Source: Picochlorum sp. SENEW3
Lineage: Eukaryota
Reading direction: 5' to 3'
Assembly: GCA_034226945.1 (NCBI GenBank)
Contig: CP120453.1
Location: 1,240,001-1,304,000, forward strand
Length of the DNA stretch: 64,000 bases
In this document: positions 20,658 through 33,987 of the stretch, one piece after another
Numbering within the stretch: the stretch's first letter is position 1
Layout of the letters: each line of letters begins with the position of its first letter
The notes under the pieces: model-generated
What the model saw: the letters and a program-made list of their open reading frames with translations, nothing else
Databases searched by the model: none
Told to the model about the DNA's origin: nothing
Made by a program: the position numbers and the translations under genes

Positions 20658-23600
20658 ATGGTCGACCTCACCCGTGCTGGCGGTTCACACCGCGAGGAAA
20701 TTGCACAACACGGGGGAACAGGGCAGTTGGGGGCTGAAGGGAGGCATTTGGTGGTGCCAACAACTAGTCCAGGTGAAGTTGGCGAATCGTTAGCAACATG
20801 TGGACACTCGGGGGACGTGGCGACCCCTGGAGGCCTCTCGGGTTTACAGGATGATGAAGAGAGGGAATTAATATTTCTAATCGTGCACGCGCTGCAGAAT
20901 ACAGAGTTGAAGGATGTCGCGGAGCTCTTGTCACAGAGAGCGCTCGAGCGGGGGTTGTTGCCCTGTAGAACCGACTACACTGGGCATCAGCGGCAGGCCC
21001 GTAGTTATGGCGATGTAGTTGAAAGATTTAATCACGTACCTCAAACGTATGTGTTGGACGCTCTGAGGTCCCTTCGGCGGGAGAGGGCGTTGTTGGAAAA
21101 CCAAAGTGTCCAGGAAGAGGGGCCTGGTGTGGTTGATGTGGTTCGTGTAGAGGCGGAGAAGAATGATGTAAGGAATGTGTCCTCGGCTCATTTAAGTATC
21201 CCATCGAGCCTTTTGGATCGGATGGTGTTGGGAAAGGATAATGTATTGTATACAAGAGAGTTGGACAGAAAACCTGGTGCCTGGCTACATGCGATGCCAA
21301 GTATGCATCACGGCTTGAAAGGAGAAAATATTCTAATGTACGACGAGCTCCGCCGGTGTGGTTTGATGAGAGAGATGCGTGATGGAACAGGGGTTGGATT
21401 AGAAAAGCGGCAGATGTGGAATCATCAGTTTACAGTTCGTGGCCATTCCATGGCTGCATACTGTGTTATTTATGATAGAACAGGGGACTTGATCATAACT
21501 GGATCTGATGATCGCTTAGTGAAGATTTGGTCGGCGAGGACGGGCTTGCTGCTTCGATGTTGTCGAGGACATTTGCATGAAGTGAGTGATTTGGCTGTGA
21601 GCCATGATAATAAAGTGCTTGCTAGTGCCTCTGTGGATGGTTCCATCCGTCTCTGGAATATAGATCGCAATGAAAACTTTAGTGAAGATTTTGGAAGGCT
21701 TGTTGGAGTTTTGGAAGGCCACACATCATTGGTCTCTTCCCTGAACTTTTCTCCAGTGAGGGATTTTGAGTTGCTATCTTCAAGTTTTGATGGAACTTGT
21801 CGCATTTGGGATATTCGGGACGGTTCGTTTGTGAGTATGGAATGGAATTGGAGAAGAAAAGGTACAAATTTACCTGTAAGTATGAATTTGAGACAGCGAG
21901 AAAATCCGGTTGAAAGGGGACTCAGACCACGGGCACGCAATCATGCACAAGAGGAAGAGGAGGAAGCAGAGGCATCCGAGATCCAGGAAGAAGGAGAAGA
22001 GGATGATACGAAAGTCAGTATAGCCATGTTTTCTGGTGATGGAAATCATATTATTGCTGGAGTGGCAAATTGCAATATGTGCCTGTGGGAATGGCATCCT
22101 GATGGGCAGGATGGAGACGGTACTCCAGTGGCAACCAGAGTTGAGTTGCTGCGTGGGTATCACAATTCAGATGTGTACCTCGTGCAACGGAGTTATGGCG
22201 GCGACTGGATTGCTAGTGCGTCTCGGGATGGTATTGTTTGTGTCTGGAAACCAGGAAAAGGGGGGCACCATAGACGCTTGGTCCCAATTGATACATGGAA
22301 GTGTGTAGGGACATTTTCGGCACCCGAGCAGGATGACGATGCACGTGCAAGGAGACGCAGGGCTGAGCCTCCTCGTGTGGATCAAATTGCTTGGAATTCG
22401 GATGATACTCTCATTCTGGCAAGCGTGCAGAATTATAAAGTACTAGTGTATTCCTTGCCAAAAGGTCAGGTTGTCACAGAGCTCTCTGGTGTTCACAAAG
22501 AACCAGTTCATGTGGTGTTGGCACATCCATTTGAACCAGATATTGCAATCACAGCGAGTTACTCTGGAGAAATTGTCCTGTGGAATATTTCTCGAGGTGT
22601 TCCAATAAAGATTTTCCATAGTGTCGACTCGAGGCCCGATGGAAGGAAATGGCCTGACCCAATTGCATATGTGGACGGCTATATCAGCCCAGATGGCCAG
22701 TATGCTGCTCTGACGGATGCTGCAGGACAGCTTCACGTGATTGGATTGGGCAGTCCCGATCCTTGGATATCCAGGGCGCCATATGATCAGTTTTTGTCAA
22801 CTGATTATGAGGAATTGCTCACAGATGATCAGGGTATTGTCCGAAGCCTTGTGACCAATGAGCCAGCTGATGCAAGAACTGGGACAGAGTTGGTCTGTGA
22901 TGCCACCGCCACCCCGTATCCTCATGGATATCAGCTTGCATATCGCAATGGGACCTTGTTATCGTCTGATGGGAGAGATGTCGCCTGGATTCAACCAGGT
23001 CAGCAGCCAGGATATGTAATGGCTGCTCCCACTCTGGCAGCTGCTCAGTGGAGAGTGTACGCTGCTGGCGGAACAGATAATGCTGCAGAGCAAGCCCTCC
23101 ATAGAGCCCAGCTGCGGCTGCAAGATCACGAAAGGCAAATAGATATGTCTGAAGGAGGGCGGCCTCCACTTGCCCGAGAGAACGTCTTGGTGAACGAGCC
23201 GCGCCCTGATCGCCTCTGGGAAACAATATCTGCCTCTGATACATCAGATGATGAAAACACAGAAACCCGTAGGAATGGTGCTCGACGACCTGTTCGACAG
23301 AGTCGTCGTATTTCTGCTCGAAATTCAGATCACGAAGATGATGATATAATCGATATTACAGAATTGACAGAAGAACAACTTAGAGAACGGCAGCAACAGG
23401 AAAGAGAGCGGCGTTTACAACGGAGAGAAGCAGCTCGCAACAGGAGGAGACAGGGGACTCGAGTTTCCACAAGAACATCGCGGCGAAATACAACAATACC
23501 GGAAGGAGAGTTCGATAGCGAACCTGAGTCATCTGACGTATCATCTTTGGTGCCAGAGGAGGAGGACGTCCCGGGTCCATCACGGCCACAGGGCAGACGC

Positions 23601-24941
23601 CGGGGAAGGAAACGAGAAAGAGACTCTGATGAAGGCCCCCCTGCTCCTGAGCCAAGGAATATGAGCCACTATCAGTGGCTTATATCTGATAAGCGGTTCT
23701 CTGCCATATATGCTCCTCAGAATGGCGACGAGGTCATTTATTTGAGGCAAGGCCACGAATCCATGTTGCAAGAGGTTGCAACAGAGATTGCCCCTCCTTG
23801 GGAATCATTTAGAAACGGAGACAGGATCCGCCCTGCTGAGCCATGTGTTGTGAAAAGCATTCGATATTTCATTGCCAGCGATGGTACCCAAGGAACTGCA
23901 GTGACGCTAACCCTCGAATTTTCTGATCAAACCTCACCCTTGTTTGGCCAGGCATTTGATATCAACCTGTACTCGCCATTATCAGGTCTCGCCGATTGTG
24001 TTGTTCTGCGGACTGTATTTGACGCAACTGTCTCACGTCAATGGAATGCAAATGAAGAATGCAAAACTGTATTTTGGGCAGATGATTCCGAAGAGTGGTG
24101 GAATGGCACCGTGTTGGAGGACAAGTTGGAGGACTTCCACACACCACAGGACCCCTATGCAGAGGCTAATGAGCTATGGGAGCGTTTCGGGGTCCAATGG
24201 ATTCCAAATCAGAGTGGTGATCAAGCAGAATTCTCTTTCCATTCTCCATGGGAGCTGCGATCTGAGGAGAACATGTCCAGTGGTGTGCTGGATCCCCACA
24301 CGATCGACCCAGCAGTGCTGTCAAAAATGAGGGAGGCTGTTACAGCAGCATCGTCCCAGCCTGAGTGGGAGATCTTTCAAATAGCTCCTCTCGTGGATGA
24401 AGCATACATGTCCAGGAGAGGGCACTGTGAATATTACAACACATTGATACCGTTGCCCATTGGATTAGCTGACATTGCTTCCCGACTGGAGAATAGGTAC
24501 TATCGACAACCATCTGCCATTGAGCATGACATTCGTCTCCTTGCCAGAAATGCAGGGGAATTCAATGGAGACGAAAATGACATATATCGAGAAGCCAAAA
24601 AACTAGAGGCATTCCTTCTTGATGTCCTCGATGGCACAGCCGATGTGGGAGATGCCGAGGTCTATACTGGTGATGACCATCAGACACCTCCAGCCAGAGC
24701 AACACGACGCACATCCCAGCGCTCTCGATCCCAAGTTCGAATTCCACCACAGCGACGCAGAAGAACGAGACAAACCACTGTCGAACTCTCTGAATCATCA
24801 TCTGAAGAAGAAGACGAAGACATGAGTTTCATGTCAGAGGAAGAACCTGATGAGTCTTCATCAGACGAAGCAGAGAGCAGTGCCTCTGAAGACTCCATGC
24901 CTAGACGTACAAGAGGAACTCAAATTCGACTACGCCGATGA
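20658..24941 (+). CDS. WD40- and bromodomain-containing protein (BRWD/PHIP family)
   Basis: RGHSMAAYCVIYDRTGDLIITGSDDRLVKIWS and further WD repeats, APYDQF, YAPQNGDEVIYLRQGH, SPWEL, bromodomain-like RLENRYYR...NAGEFN. Confidence 0.92.
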   Translation: MVDLTRAGGSHREEIAQHGGTGQLGAEGRHLVVPTTSPGEVGESLATCGHSGDVATPGGLSGLQDDEERELIFLIVHALQNTELKDVAELLSQRALERGLLPCRTDYTGHQRQARSYGDVVERFNHVPQTYVLDALRSLRRERALLENQSVQEEGPGVVDVVRVEAEKNDVRNVSSAHLSIPSSLLDRMVLGKDNVLYTRELDRKPGAWLHAMPSMHHGLKGENILMYDELRRCGLMREMRDGTGVGLEKRQMWNHQFTVRGHSMAAYCVIYDRTGDLIITGSDDRLVKIWSARTGLLLRCCRGHLHEVSDLAVSHDNKVLASASVDGSIRLWNIDRNENFSEDFGRLVGVLEGHTSLVSSLNFSPVRDFELLSSSFDGTCRIWDIRDGSFVSMEWNWRRKGTNLPVSMNLRQRENPVERGLRPRARNHAQEEEEEAEASEIQEEGEEDDTKVSIAMFSGDGNHIIAGVANCNMCLWEWHPDGQDGDGTPVATRVELLRGYHNSDVYLVQRSYGGDWIASASRDGIVCVWKPGKGGHHRRLVPIDTWKCVGTFSAPEQDDDARARRRRAEPPRVDQIAWNSDDTLILASVQNYKVLVYSLPKGQVVTELSGVHKEPVHVVLAHPFEPDIAITASYSGEIVLWNISRGVPIKIFHSVDSRPDGRKWPDPIAYVDGYISPDGQYAALTDAAGQLHVIGLGSPDPWISRAPYDQFLSTDYEELLTDDQGIVRSLVTNEPADARTGTELVCDATATPYPHGYQLAYRNGTLLSSDGRDVAWIQPGQQPGYVMAAPTLAAAQWRVYAAGGTDNAAEQALHRAQLRLQDHERQIDMSEGGRPPLARENVLVNEPRPDRLWETISASDTSDDENTETRRNGARRPVRQSRRISARNSDHEDDDIIDITELTEEQLRERQQQERERRLQRREAARNRRRQGTRVSTRTSRRNTTIPEGEFDSEPESSDVSSLVPEEEDVPGPSRPQGRRRGRKRERDSDEGPPAPEPRNMSHYQWLISDKRFSAIYAPQNGDEVIYLRQGHESMLQEVATEIAPPWESFRNGDRIRPAEPCVVKSIRYFIASDGTQGTAVTLTLEFSDQTSPLFGQAFDINLYSPLSGLADCVVLRTVFDATVSRQWNANEECKTVFWADDSEEWWNGTVLEDKLEDFHTPQDPYAEANELWERFGVQWIPNQSGDQAEFSFHSPWELRSEENMSSGVLDPHTIDPAVLSKMREAVTAASSQPEWEIFQIAPLVDEAYMSRRGHCEYYNTLIPLPIGLADIASRLENRYYRQPSAIEHDIRLLARNAGEFNGDENDIYREAKKLEAFLLDVLDGTADVGDAEVYTGDDHQTPPARATRRTSQRSRSQVRIPPQRRRRTRQTTVELSESSSEEEDEDMSFMSEEEPDESSSDEAESSASEDSMPRRTRGTQIRLRR

Positions 24942-25219
24942 TGATGCATATTTATTCATTCACCACGTGTAAGATTCCACCTGCTGTTGATGTCTATTGG
25001 AAATTTCCCAGCTTGAAAGCTCATGATCATGCTTGGATACCCAAATCAAAAAGTAAGGCCAGATTCCAGATCTCAGCATGGAAACAACCCATTCATCCTC
25101 AGCGCTCAGATCGTACTGTGTATATAAGTTTCCACTATATAATGCAATGTTTTGAGCAGAATATGACTGACAAGATTTGTATGTAGAGATCAGCTCACTC
25201 GGCACAGAAGAAGAAAACC

Positions 25220-27651
25220 ATGTCAGGATTTGGTTTTGGTGGTTTTGACATTTCTAACATTACCAATGTCAGCAATATTGGAGAAACGTTACAAAAAATC
25301 AGAGAGGATGTCGAAAATACGATTGATGCGTCATTTCAAGACGATGTTGAGGAGGGACATGACCAGGGCAATGACGACGCAGAAGGTAGTTGTTCTGCTT
25401 TGACGATGCCATTTTCTTATATGAAAATGATTTTAAAACCATATGTTGCAGGGTGGTTTGGCGGTTTTGATGGTATTGTGAAATCATTCGTTGGGGACGA
25501 GGAGGAGGAAGAACAGACTGCTACAGAGTTACCTCGGGAAGAGACGCAACAGCAGGTGGCACTGTCGCAAGCTGAAAAGCTCGATGAAACTCAACCAGTA
25601 CACAATACGCCAGATGAGCAGAAGGTTGTATTTCCAAGAGATGACGATAGAGCAGAGCCCCAGGCAGTGGCAGAACCTGTGGGTGCAGTGGAGGACCAGG
25701 CTCTTTCAGTGGCCAGGCGTGAAGTGGCGGATGGCGTTGCTGAGAAGGTGCCACAGGATCCATCTACTACTGTAACACATTCCTCAAAGAGTTCGAAGAA
25801 GAAGAAGAAAAAGAAGAATAAAGGGCAGGCAAAGGCAGTGGATACATTGCCTCCTGAGCAGCAGGCAGCATTGGCACAGACTGATGCTGACAGTGACATG
25901 GCGAAGCGAGTGGCCGAGCTGGAGCGTACACTGAAGGTACGGGAAGAGCAGTTGGGACGACAGGCAGAGGAGATTGCGGAAGCGAAACGAATCTCAGATC
26001 AGTTGATGAAGAAGAATGAAGAATTGGCCATGGCCAAGGCATCTGTTTCAGAAAAGGATGTGGCGGATGTAGAAACGTGCGTGTCGAATATTGTTTCATA
26101 CTGGTTCTGTTTTTGGTTATAATATATTTGGCACTGGAATGCAGGAAGTATGAGTCACAGCTAGATGACGCCAAAAAGAAGATGAAGCAATTAGGAGACC
26201 AGAAGGCAGCGTTGGAATCAAAGCTTCAGAAAGTGGTGGAATTGGAACAGAAACTTGAGGTGAAAGACACCGAGATCCGTGAAATATTGGAGGAAGGAGA
26301 GAAGTTGAGCAAGAAGCAGTTGCATATGGAGACGACAATCAAACAGTTGAGACAGAGCCTGACGTCTGCGAAATCAGAGAGCGAGGAACAGGCAGCTCTG
26401 TTGGAATCTGAGCGTTCTCAGGCTGCTGTCCTTCGGCAAGAGATGGAATCTCTACAATCTCAGTTGAATGTGTCGAAGGAAGATCATGACACGTTCCTGG
26501 CCAATCTGAAGACGGAGCATGAGAAGACTGTGAGGGAGCTGAGAACAGAACTGATTGCTGCTGAGAGAAAGATGGAGAACATGGAAAAGGCGGGTGCTTC
26601 GAGAAAATTACGTGATGCAGAAAGCAAGTGTGAGGCACTTCAAGAAAGTATTGAGAGTTTGCGTGAAGAAATGAGGAGACAGCGTGAAAATGCGGATGAA
26701 CGGGAGGATATGCTGTCTGCTGAAATTTCACTTCTGCAGCAGCGGTGTGCTGAAGCAGAAGCTCGTCAGCAAGACTCGCAAGATAAACTGCCGCAAGCAA
26801 CAGCTCCCCTTTATGATGAAATAGAAGCACTGCGAGGGAAGCTAGAGGAACAAGAGCAAGAATCTATTGCGGTGCAGAAGAAACTCATGTCACAGGTGGA
26901 CCAGCTGGAAAAGGAGAATGAGTCGCTGAAAACAAGACTGGAGAGTGTCACCGAGAATGAGCAAGAAATTCAATCCCGTTATGATACAATACATAGCCAA
27001 CTCATGAGTGCACAGCAAGCGTCTGTCGAATCGGAACGAATCGCATCTGTAGAGAGGGCAGCCCGGGATGAGGCTGAGCTTGCTCTCCGTGAAGCAAAAT
27101 CTGAACTGTCTGCGATGGAAAACAGCGTCTCTTCCATGGAGAAGGTATACAATAAGCAGATTGAAAACATGGCTAAGAAAGAGTCATCATTGAATGAGAA
27201 GATTCGACAACTGGAGGACCAGGTCGAAACGCTCAAGGGACAAGCAGCAACCCAGGCACCCATCTCTCCACCCAAGACGATTCCTGAGGCACTCGGCAAA
27301 GAAGAGGAGACAAGCCTCACGTTGGATCTTTCTGAGCATAGTTTGCAGAAGAAAATTAAAGATTTGGAATCAACGAGGGACAGGTTATCCAACGAACTCG
27401 TTCAAGCAGAACAACGTGTTGCTGAAGGCATTGCAGCCAAAACCAAACTGGATGGAGTCTCAGCAGAAGTCTCAACTCTCCGTAAAAAATTAGCCGCAGC
27501 AACAGAACTCCTTGGAGAACGCGAGGAACGAATAGAAGAATTGCGAGCAGACCTCCAGGATATCAAAGAGGGATACAAACAGCAATTGGTCATCATGGCG
27601 GATGAGTGCACACGGCTGAACAAAAAGGTCGCAGCCATGACGTCAATGTAA
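25220..27651 (+). CDS. Golgin of the TMF1/GC5 family
   Basis: Coiled coil with EGEKLSKKQLHMETTIKQLR and C-terminal ELLGEREERIEELRADLQDIKEGYKQQL; introns 25386-25451 and 26077-26144. Confidence 0.85.
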
Positions 27652-27659
27652 CACTATGA

Positions 27660-28607
27660 TTATAACGATGCCATTTCTTCCCGACACTTTTCGCATTCAC
27701 ATCGAAATCCATAGGAAAACTCTAGCATCTGCTGCCTCTCAGCAACAGGAGCATCAGCGTCTATATACGAGACACAGAGCTGCTCATGCTGAGAGATATC
27801 CCGCTCTGCAGTCAAGCGGATCTCGTGCGTATTCCTAGGAAACCCGACCCCAACATTTGGAATGCAGGAATGATTCAACATTGATGCCAGTACATACACA
27901 GCAGACCCACTCTCTCGTGCTGCAGTTACATGCTCCTTCAAGAGCGCAGAATATCCACCCTTGTCGCCAATTAACAATGAACCAACGTCAACAATATCTA
28001 CTCGAAAGGCATTCACATGTATTCTGCTCATCATATCTACATACCAAGACAAATTCAGACAGTCTCGCGCTCCAGAGATTGAGTCAAACGATGCCATGAG
28101 AGCCTCAAACGAATCCCTCCACTCCTGAGGAATTAAGTCACGTTGCACATTCACATGACACAAACTCGACATATCACTACTTCGAAAATCACCTCCATCT
28201 ATATCTTCTCTGACCTTCATACACGCCAGTTCCGACACAAGCAACGGAAACTTTTGATTCCCATGCTCAACACAGAAAGAATGCAATGGCCCCCACTCTA
28301 TACCTGCATACATTGCTCTAATAGATTCTCCATTTCCAGCACATGATGGACAATAGATAGCACCATGATGACTCTTCTCATCAGCAATGAATTCAGGTCT
28401 GAGACACCCAGCACACCATGACTGCTTCTTTGAGACTGGTGCCGTACTCACCAAAGGCACCTCCTCAAGGATCACCGTCCCCTGCGGAATATCAGTCGCA
28501 GCGAATAACCCTCGACCCAAACCAGGTATATTCTGAAACAATGTAACGAATCGACTGTTTTCCGCCAGCAAACGAGACAATCGAGGCACATATGAAGCAC
28601 TCCCCAT
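27660..28607 (-). CDS. SET-domain methyltransferase (ATXR4/SMYD-like)
   Basis: GRGLFAATDI, CAGC, LNHSCIPN, VSYID, YGFRCECEKC post-SET motif. Confidence 0.85.
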   Translation of the reverse strand: MGSASYVPRLSRLLAENSRFVTLFQNIPGLGRGLFAATDIPQGTVILEEVPLVSTAPVSKKQSWCAGCLRPEFIADEKSHHGAIYCPSCAGNGESIRAMYAGIEWGPLHSFCVEHGNQKFPLLVSELACMKVREDIDGGDFRSSDMSSLCHVNVQRDLIPQEWRDSFEALMASFDSISGARDCLNLSWYVDMMSRIHVNAFRVDIVDVGSLLIGDKGGYSALLKEHVTAARESGSAVYVLASMLNHSCIPNVGVGFPRNTHEIRLTAERDISQHEQLCVSYIDADAPVAERQQMLEFSYGFRCECEKCREEMASL

Positions 28608-28952
28608 GCAGGAAACAAGTTTTCTATTTTGTTCACGATGTGAAACCCTGATCTATCTATGGTATCGATCGGTACTCCATTTATTTTTCATATTCTTTGT
28701 TGTTGTTGTCGTGTACAGATCGATCCAGGCTTTGTATGTGTGCCTTTTTGATCGACTGACTTCAAAAAGAGAGCCACGGAATTCCGTAAATACAACACTT
28801 CAATCAAACAGGCTTCACCACCATCAAAGACGCATGACACATACTCGGTACCCATTAATTGTTTATTTCCTTATTGAAATACTCCATTTCTGCAGAGGGG
28901 TAGTACTTGTATCAAAAGAGCGTGTTGGAACTTGCCATTTGAGAATTTCGAC

Positions 28953-30043
28953 ATGTCGCTCCTCGTATCCAGACGGTCATCTCAGCATTGGATGTCGCGT
29001 ACATGCAAGCAACTATCATCATTATACTCGTGTGATTCGTATATCACGACACCGGCGGTGCGTTGGCTCATCTTGTGTTGTTTGAGGGTGTGGTCAGGCA
29101 ACGAGAATATTTCTTTTTTCATCTACTCGCTCACGTATACCTGACCGTGTCTTTCTTTTGGCTTCTGCAGTATTATTATCACCACGAAAGCATTGGTCTC
29201 CAGAATGAGGTCATAGAGAAGCAGCCATTGCTGCTACATATGCGACACAACAGCAGCGTGTTCAATACAACAAATACTAGAGGAGGAGGAGGAGGAGGAG
29301 GTGGTGGCAGGTCTCTGACCACAGCCAGCACCGCAGTTCATCCAAGGCATCTTAACATCACACATCACAGTGCTATGAAAACGCCATATCATGCGCAGAA
29401 GCGATCCATGTTTATTCAAACACAGAATACGCCAAACCCTACCAGTCTCATGTTTATACCAGGCAAGCCAGTTATGGAGGGTGGTGGGAGTGCCAACTTT
29501 TCCAATGCACGAGAGGCCATGGCCTCTCCATTGGCTAAAAAGCTCTTCCTCATCGACGGAGTGGAGCAGGTATTTTTCGCCACAGATTTCGTGACCGTGT
29601 CGAAGAGCGACGATGTGTCATGGTCTGTCATCAAACCAGAGGTGTTTGCAGCAATTACAGAGTTTTATGCAAACAATGAACCAATACTCTATGATGCAGA
29701 TAAAGATCCGTCGTCCTCAGATATGACTATCAATGAAGATGATGATGAAGTTGTCGCTATGATTAAAGAGTTGTTGGAAACCAGGATTCGACCTGCTGTG
29801 CAGGAGGATGGTGGTGACATTGTGTTTTGTGGGTTTGATGAGGACTGTGGTGTTGTGACGTTGAAAATGATGGGGGCATGCAGTGGGTGTCCTTCATCAT
29901 CTGTTACCCTGAAGAGTGGTATTGAGAATATGCTGATGCATTACATACCAGAAGTGAAGGGTGTTGTGGAAGCAGAAGCTGATGATGCAGAGATTGAAGG
30001 GGAAAAGGCATTTCAAAAGTTGGAACAGCATTTGAGTTCTTGA
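28953..30043 (+). CDS. NFU1: Mitochondrial NifU-like Fe-S carrier (NFU1/NFU4 type)
   Basis: MFIQTQNTPNPTSLMF, IRPAVQEDGGD, GACSGCPSS; presequence exon 28953-29057, intron 29058-29170. Confidence 0.92.
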
Positions 30044-30529
30044 TGAAGATGGTCTTGTTTTCTTTTGCTGTTCATGCTTTGATTGATATTGGTAATCGTA
30101 GACACTGATTTCAAGCATCAAGCCCTAGTGAGCATCCTCACTGTACCAAACAATGTTTACATTCTTATATTGTAATCAAATGGGTTGCCATTGCATTAAT
30201 ATATCCCTCTGAATACTAACTACTCGAGTAGTACATCCGCTCCAATGTTATTCATATTACCATGCATGGCTTGCCATTTGGTAAGCAAGAACACTAGACT
30301 AACAACTGCCCACCCTGCAGAGGAGAGTGCTCACGAGGATCCAGCCCTGGGCGCGACCTTTGACCAGATTGCAATCTGGAGATGTCGCTGATCAACAGGA
30401 GCGCATACCACGCAATCCTCATAAGAAATATACAAGTTGCACTTTGTACTATTTTCACACTACTTTTAAACAGATACCCGTACATTATTACCTATTGTCG
30501 ATTGATCTGAGTGATTCTTCACTGTAACA

Positions 30530-33324
30530 ATGTGGAGACTTGCGTTGTTAGTCGTACTTGCCCTGAGTGTCAGGGCACAGGATGGTGCGTGTTTTACACC
30601 AGTATGCACTGCTATATAATATTGGAATTTTATACAACGTCTAGTGAGGCATTTGGATGATACGAGGCACTCGTTTGGACGGTCGACTGATTCCCGCGTT
30701 ACAATGTGACGGTCACGTGGACGGGTGATAGAGACCTCCAACCTATGTGGCGGCCTCGTGTCCAGGCGCATGGGGACAGCGACTATCTATTTGATGTATA
30801 CTAACGGTGTTTGTTGAATATTAGTCATTAATCTAAGGTCGATGCCGCTCGCAGAGGATTCCGATCGGCTGTTGACCTCGGTCAGGCAGCCTGTTATTGT
30901 GGAGGCCAACGTGCCAAATATCACTGTCGGTTTCAAGACTGGTCCAAACATTCCTGGAACTCAGTTCACGATCAAGTGCGTTCTTGAGGGCGAAGCATGC
31001 GATGCTCCTCCTCAAGGGCAGCCTGTGAGTGGGTCTTTGCCTGTCAAACCAGCTGCTGTGGAGGGCACAGTCCAAGGTCTGGATGTGGATCAGACATACA
31101 GTTGCTTTGTGGAAACAACTCTCTCTGAAAATGGAAAAGTCTCGTTTTGCCAGGAGGCCACACCGAGTCCAGGTATTGTGAGATTCGAGTTGAAATTCCC
31201 AGGGTACCGCGACGCAGCTGCATTTGGTCAGCAAGACAGAGAACAAGTCTGTGCTAATGTCTTATCTCTGCAGCCGGGAGGAACATGCACTGTGTTGCGC
31301 GTGGTGAACGGTAGTGCCATTGTTTTTATTCAGGTTGAAGACGACGACTACAGGAATACATGGTCTCTCACAGAGACGCTGGCACAGAATGAAACTGAAG
31401 TGACTGCTGCGCTCACAAGTGGCCTTGAGGGTTCTGTTGAGATTGCTGATATCCAGACGGAACCTCCACTTCCAAGTCCACTCCCTCCCACAGGCGTCAC
31501 TGCCAATCCATCCAGTGATTGCATGCCATCTGTTGTTGTGACATGGACAGCCCCACAGAGAAGCTCCACCATTACTGGGTATTTTGTTTCCTGCAAATCC
31601 ATGACTGCACCGACAGCAAACAGCACTGTTGCAGCAACGCAGCGCAATGTCAGCTTATCAATTCAAGCTGGAGAAGAATACATGTGCTCTGTGGTGTCTC
31701 AGGGACCGTCAGGGACCTCTGTGCCAGCAGATGCATCATCACTGGTGATGTACAGGTGTGTTTTTGAGTCTTGCCTGCAGTTCTTATATGCATGAGTGGC
31801 TGAAAATTTCTTCAACGTGATATGCTAATTTTTATCGGTCTCACAAGTGCACTTAATTTGGTGGATTCATGTAGGTATCCTGTTGCATGCAAACCTGGAG
31901 AAGTATCAAATGTGGCTACAGGGCCTGTGACAGGCGAATTGCTTCAAAGTCAAGTCACGTGGGAGCCCGCTGAGGAAACCATACCCCCCATTCTGGGATA
32001 CAAGATCGTGTGCAATAGCACTGATGGGTTGGAGGCAGACGTGCGCACAGTGGAGGTGCCTGAAAGTCCTGCTATTGTGGGTGATGGGGAAGAAGAAAAT
32101 GGACCACTGCCGCAAGGAGCCGACTATACTTGCAGTGTTGCTGCTTATAATGCTGCAGGAGATGGTCAACCAGTGGATTCTTCATCCTTCATGGTACCTG
32201 CCGTAATCAACAAAGATTTAAATAAAGCATATGAGACTATTCAAGCTGCGATTGATGATCCCAATGCAGAGACTACAACAATTTCTGTTGGGCGGGGAAC
32301 TTTCAAAGAATACATCTCTATCGAGAAGTCAATAACCTTATTGGGGCCAAATGCTGGTGTATTGCCATATAATGATGCAAAGGATGGCATCAACCCCTCT
32401 CGGAACTTGGAAGCAAAGATTGAGCCTCCAAATGATTCAAGAGAAAGTCTGATTCGCATCCGTGCAACAGAAGTCACGATGAAAGGTTTCACCATTACAT
32501 TGCCCTTAGAGGGGGAGCCATCATGGGGCATCCATGGTGCAGATGACATATCTGAGGGTGGGCCAGCCTATAATGTGAGCGGATTGACTGTCGAGGACAT
32601 GATACTAGAAGGAGGCTTGTCAGTTGGCATGATTGTTCGCAGGACCTCTGAGAATTGCAGTCCAGAAGCAACCGTAAACCAGGTTACTTTTAAGCGGAAC
32701 TTTATGAAAAATACGTTTGCACAGCCATTTTACATGCAGTGTGCATCCGGAAATGTTGAAGACAATGTCGTTCTAAATGGATATTCTGGAGTTCAAATCC
32801 AACCATATACGGGTGCAACATTTGGTACGGTCCAAAACAACGTGTTCAAAATCTATAGTAGAGGTATCTACTTGAACTTTATCCGGACAAACCCAGTTGA
32901 TTGGACTGTGACAGGGAATGCAATCACATTGGTACCTGAATTTCAGCCAGACCCATTTGGCTTTGATCAGTGGACTGGCATTTATTTCCGCACAACAGGT
33001 CCTTTTGCAAGCGAATCTCCTTTCTTGACAGTTACTGGCAATACCATCAACATGGGTACTGTTGGTGGCGACTATCCATATTCAGTGTATGGCATCTACT
33101 TCAGAAATTACCAATTGATGATTGAGGACAGTGCAACCATATCTGGCAATAATTTGACTGGCTCTGGGGAAATAACTGCGTATATCTCTGCGCTGAACAA
33201 CCAAAACGAAAATGGAGATATCATTGATCTGGAAATTGCCGAGAAGCTGGAAAATGAGAATCAGTTCAGTGAGGACACTGCTGTCTCAGATGATCCTTGC
33301 TGTGAGATTGTTCAAATAGTCTGA
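30530..33324 (+). CDS. Secreted protein with FN3-like domains and a C-terminal right-handed beta-helix (pectin lyase-like) domain
   Basis: Signal peptide MWRLALLVVLALSVRA; introns 30585-30644, 30706-30837, 31756-31874. FN3-like VTW...ITGY...Y.CSV repeats. TIQAAID...GTFKEYISIEKSITLLG followed by Asn-ladder repeats. Confidence 0.75.
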
Positions 33325-33987
33325 CTACCATGTGGCGCTCTGACAAGGGACGAGGTTATCTGCTGAAGTAAAAGAGATACATTCAGCAAATATGCCAGCA
33401 ATGTAACGGAGCCTCAGCTATCACTTATATACTGGGCACTCTGTTGACAGGCTGTTTCTTCTTTTTGGGTAGAGATTTTATTACATTTTATTACATGGGT
33501 TTGACAGGCCCACATGCACGCTTTTGAGAGGATCGAAACCGCATTACACTTTTGCTAAGTAGTTTTTTCACTGTGTTGGTAAATGAAAGGACAAGATGCG
33601 TGTTCGTACATGTTGCAATGGAAACTGTTTGCCAGCACACATTTGGATTCCAATGCCATTTCTTTTTTATGCATTTTTCTCACATGTATCATCATAAAAC
33701 GAATTTAATGATGGAGATACATTCACCACAAGCATACCCTCAAAGAAGACACTGTACAATAAGGATTCATCTTGAGTGTTATCACTACATCGGTGTACGT
33801 CATTCATATCAAACCACTGGGCCAGTACTGGTTTCAGATCTGAATCTAGATATCAAATCAATTCATGCGCCGTTTAGGATGCACTTCAATTTTCACTGAT
33901 ATCACGGCTATTGACCGAAAAATGAATTAGTTTTTCTGCGAGAATCCACAATCCATCCATTAATTCAAACAAAAAGTGCCAACAAAC

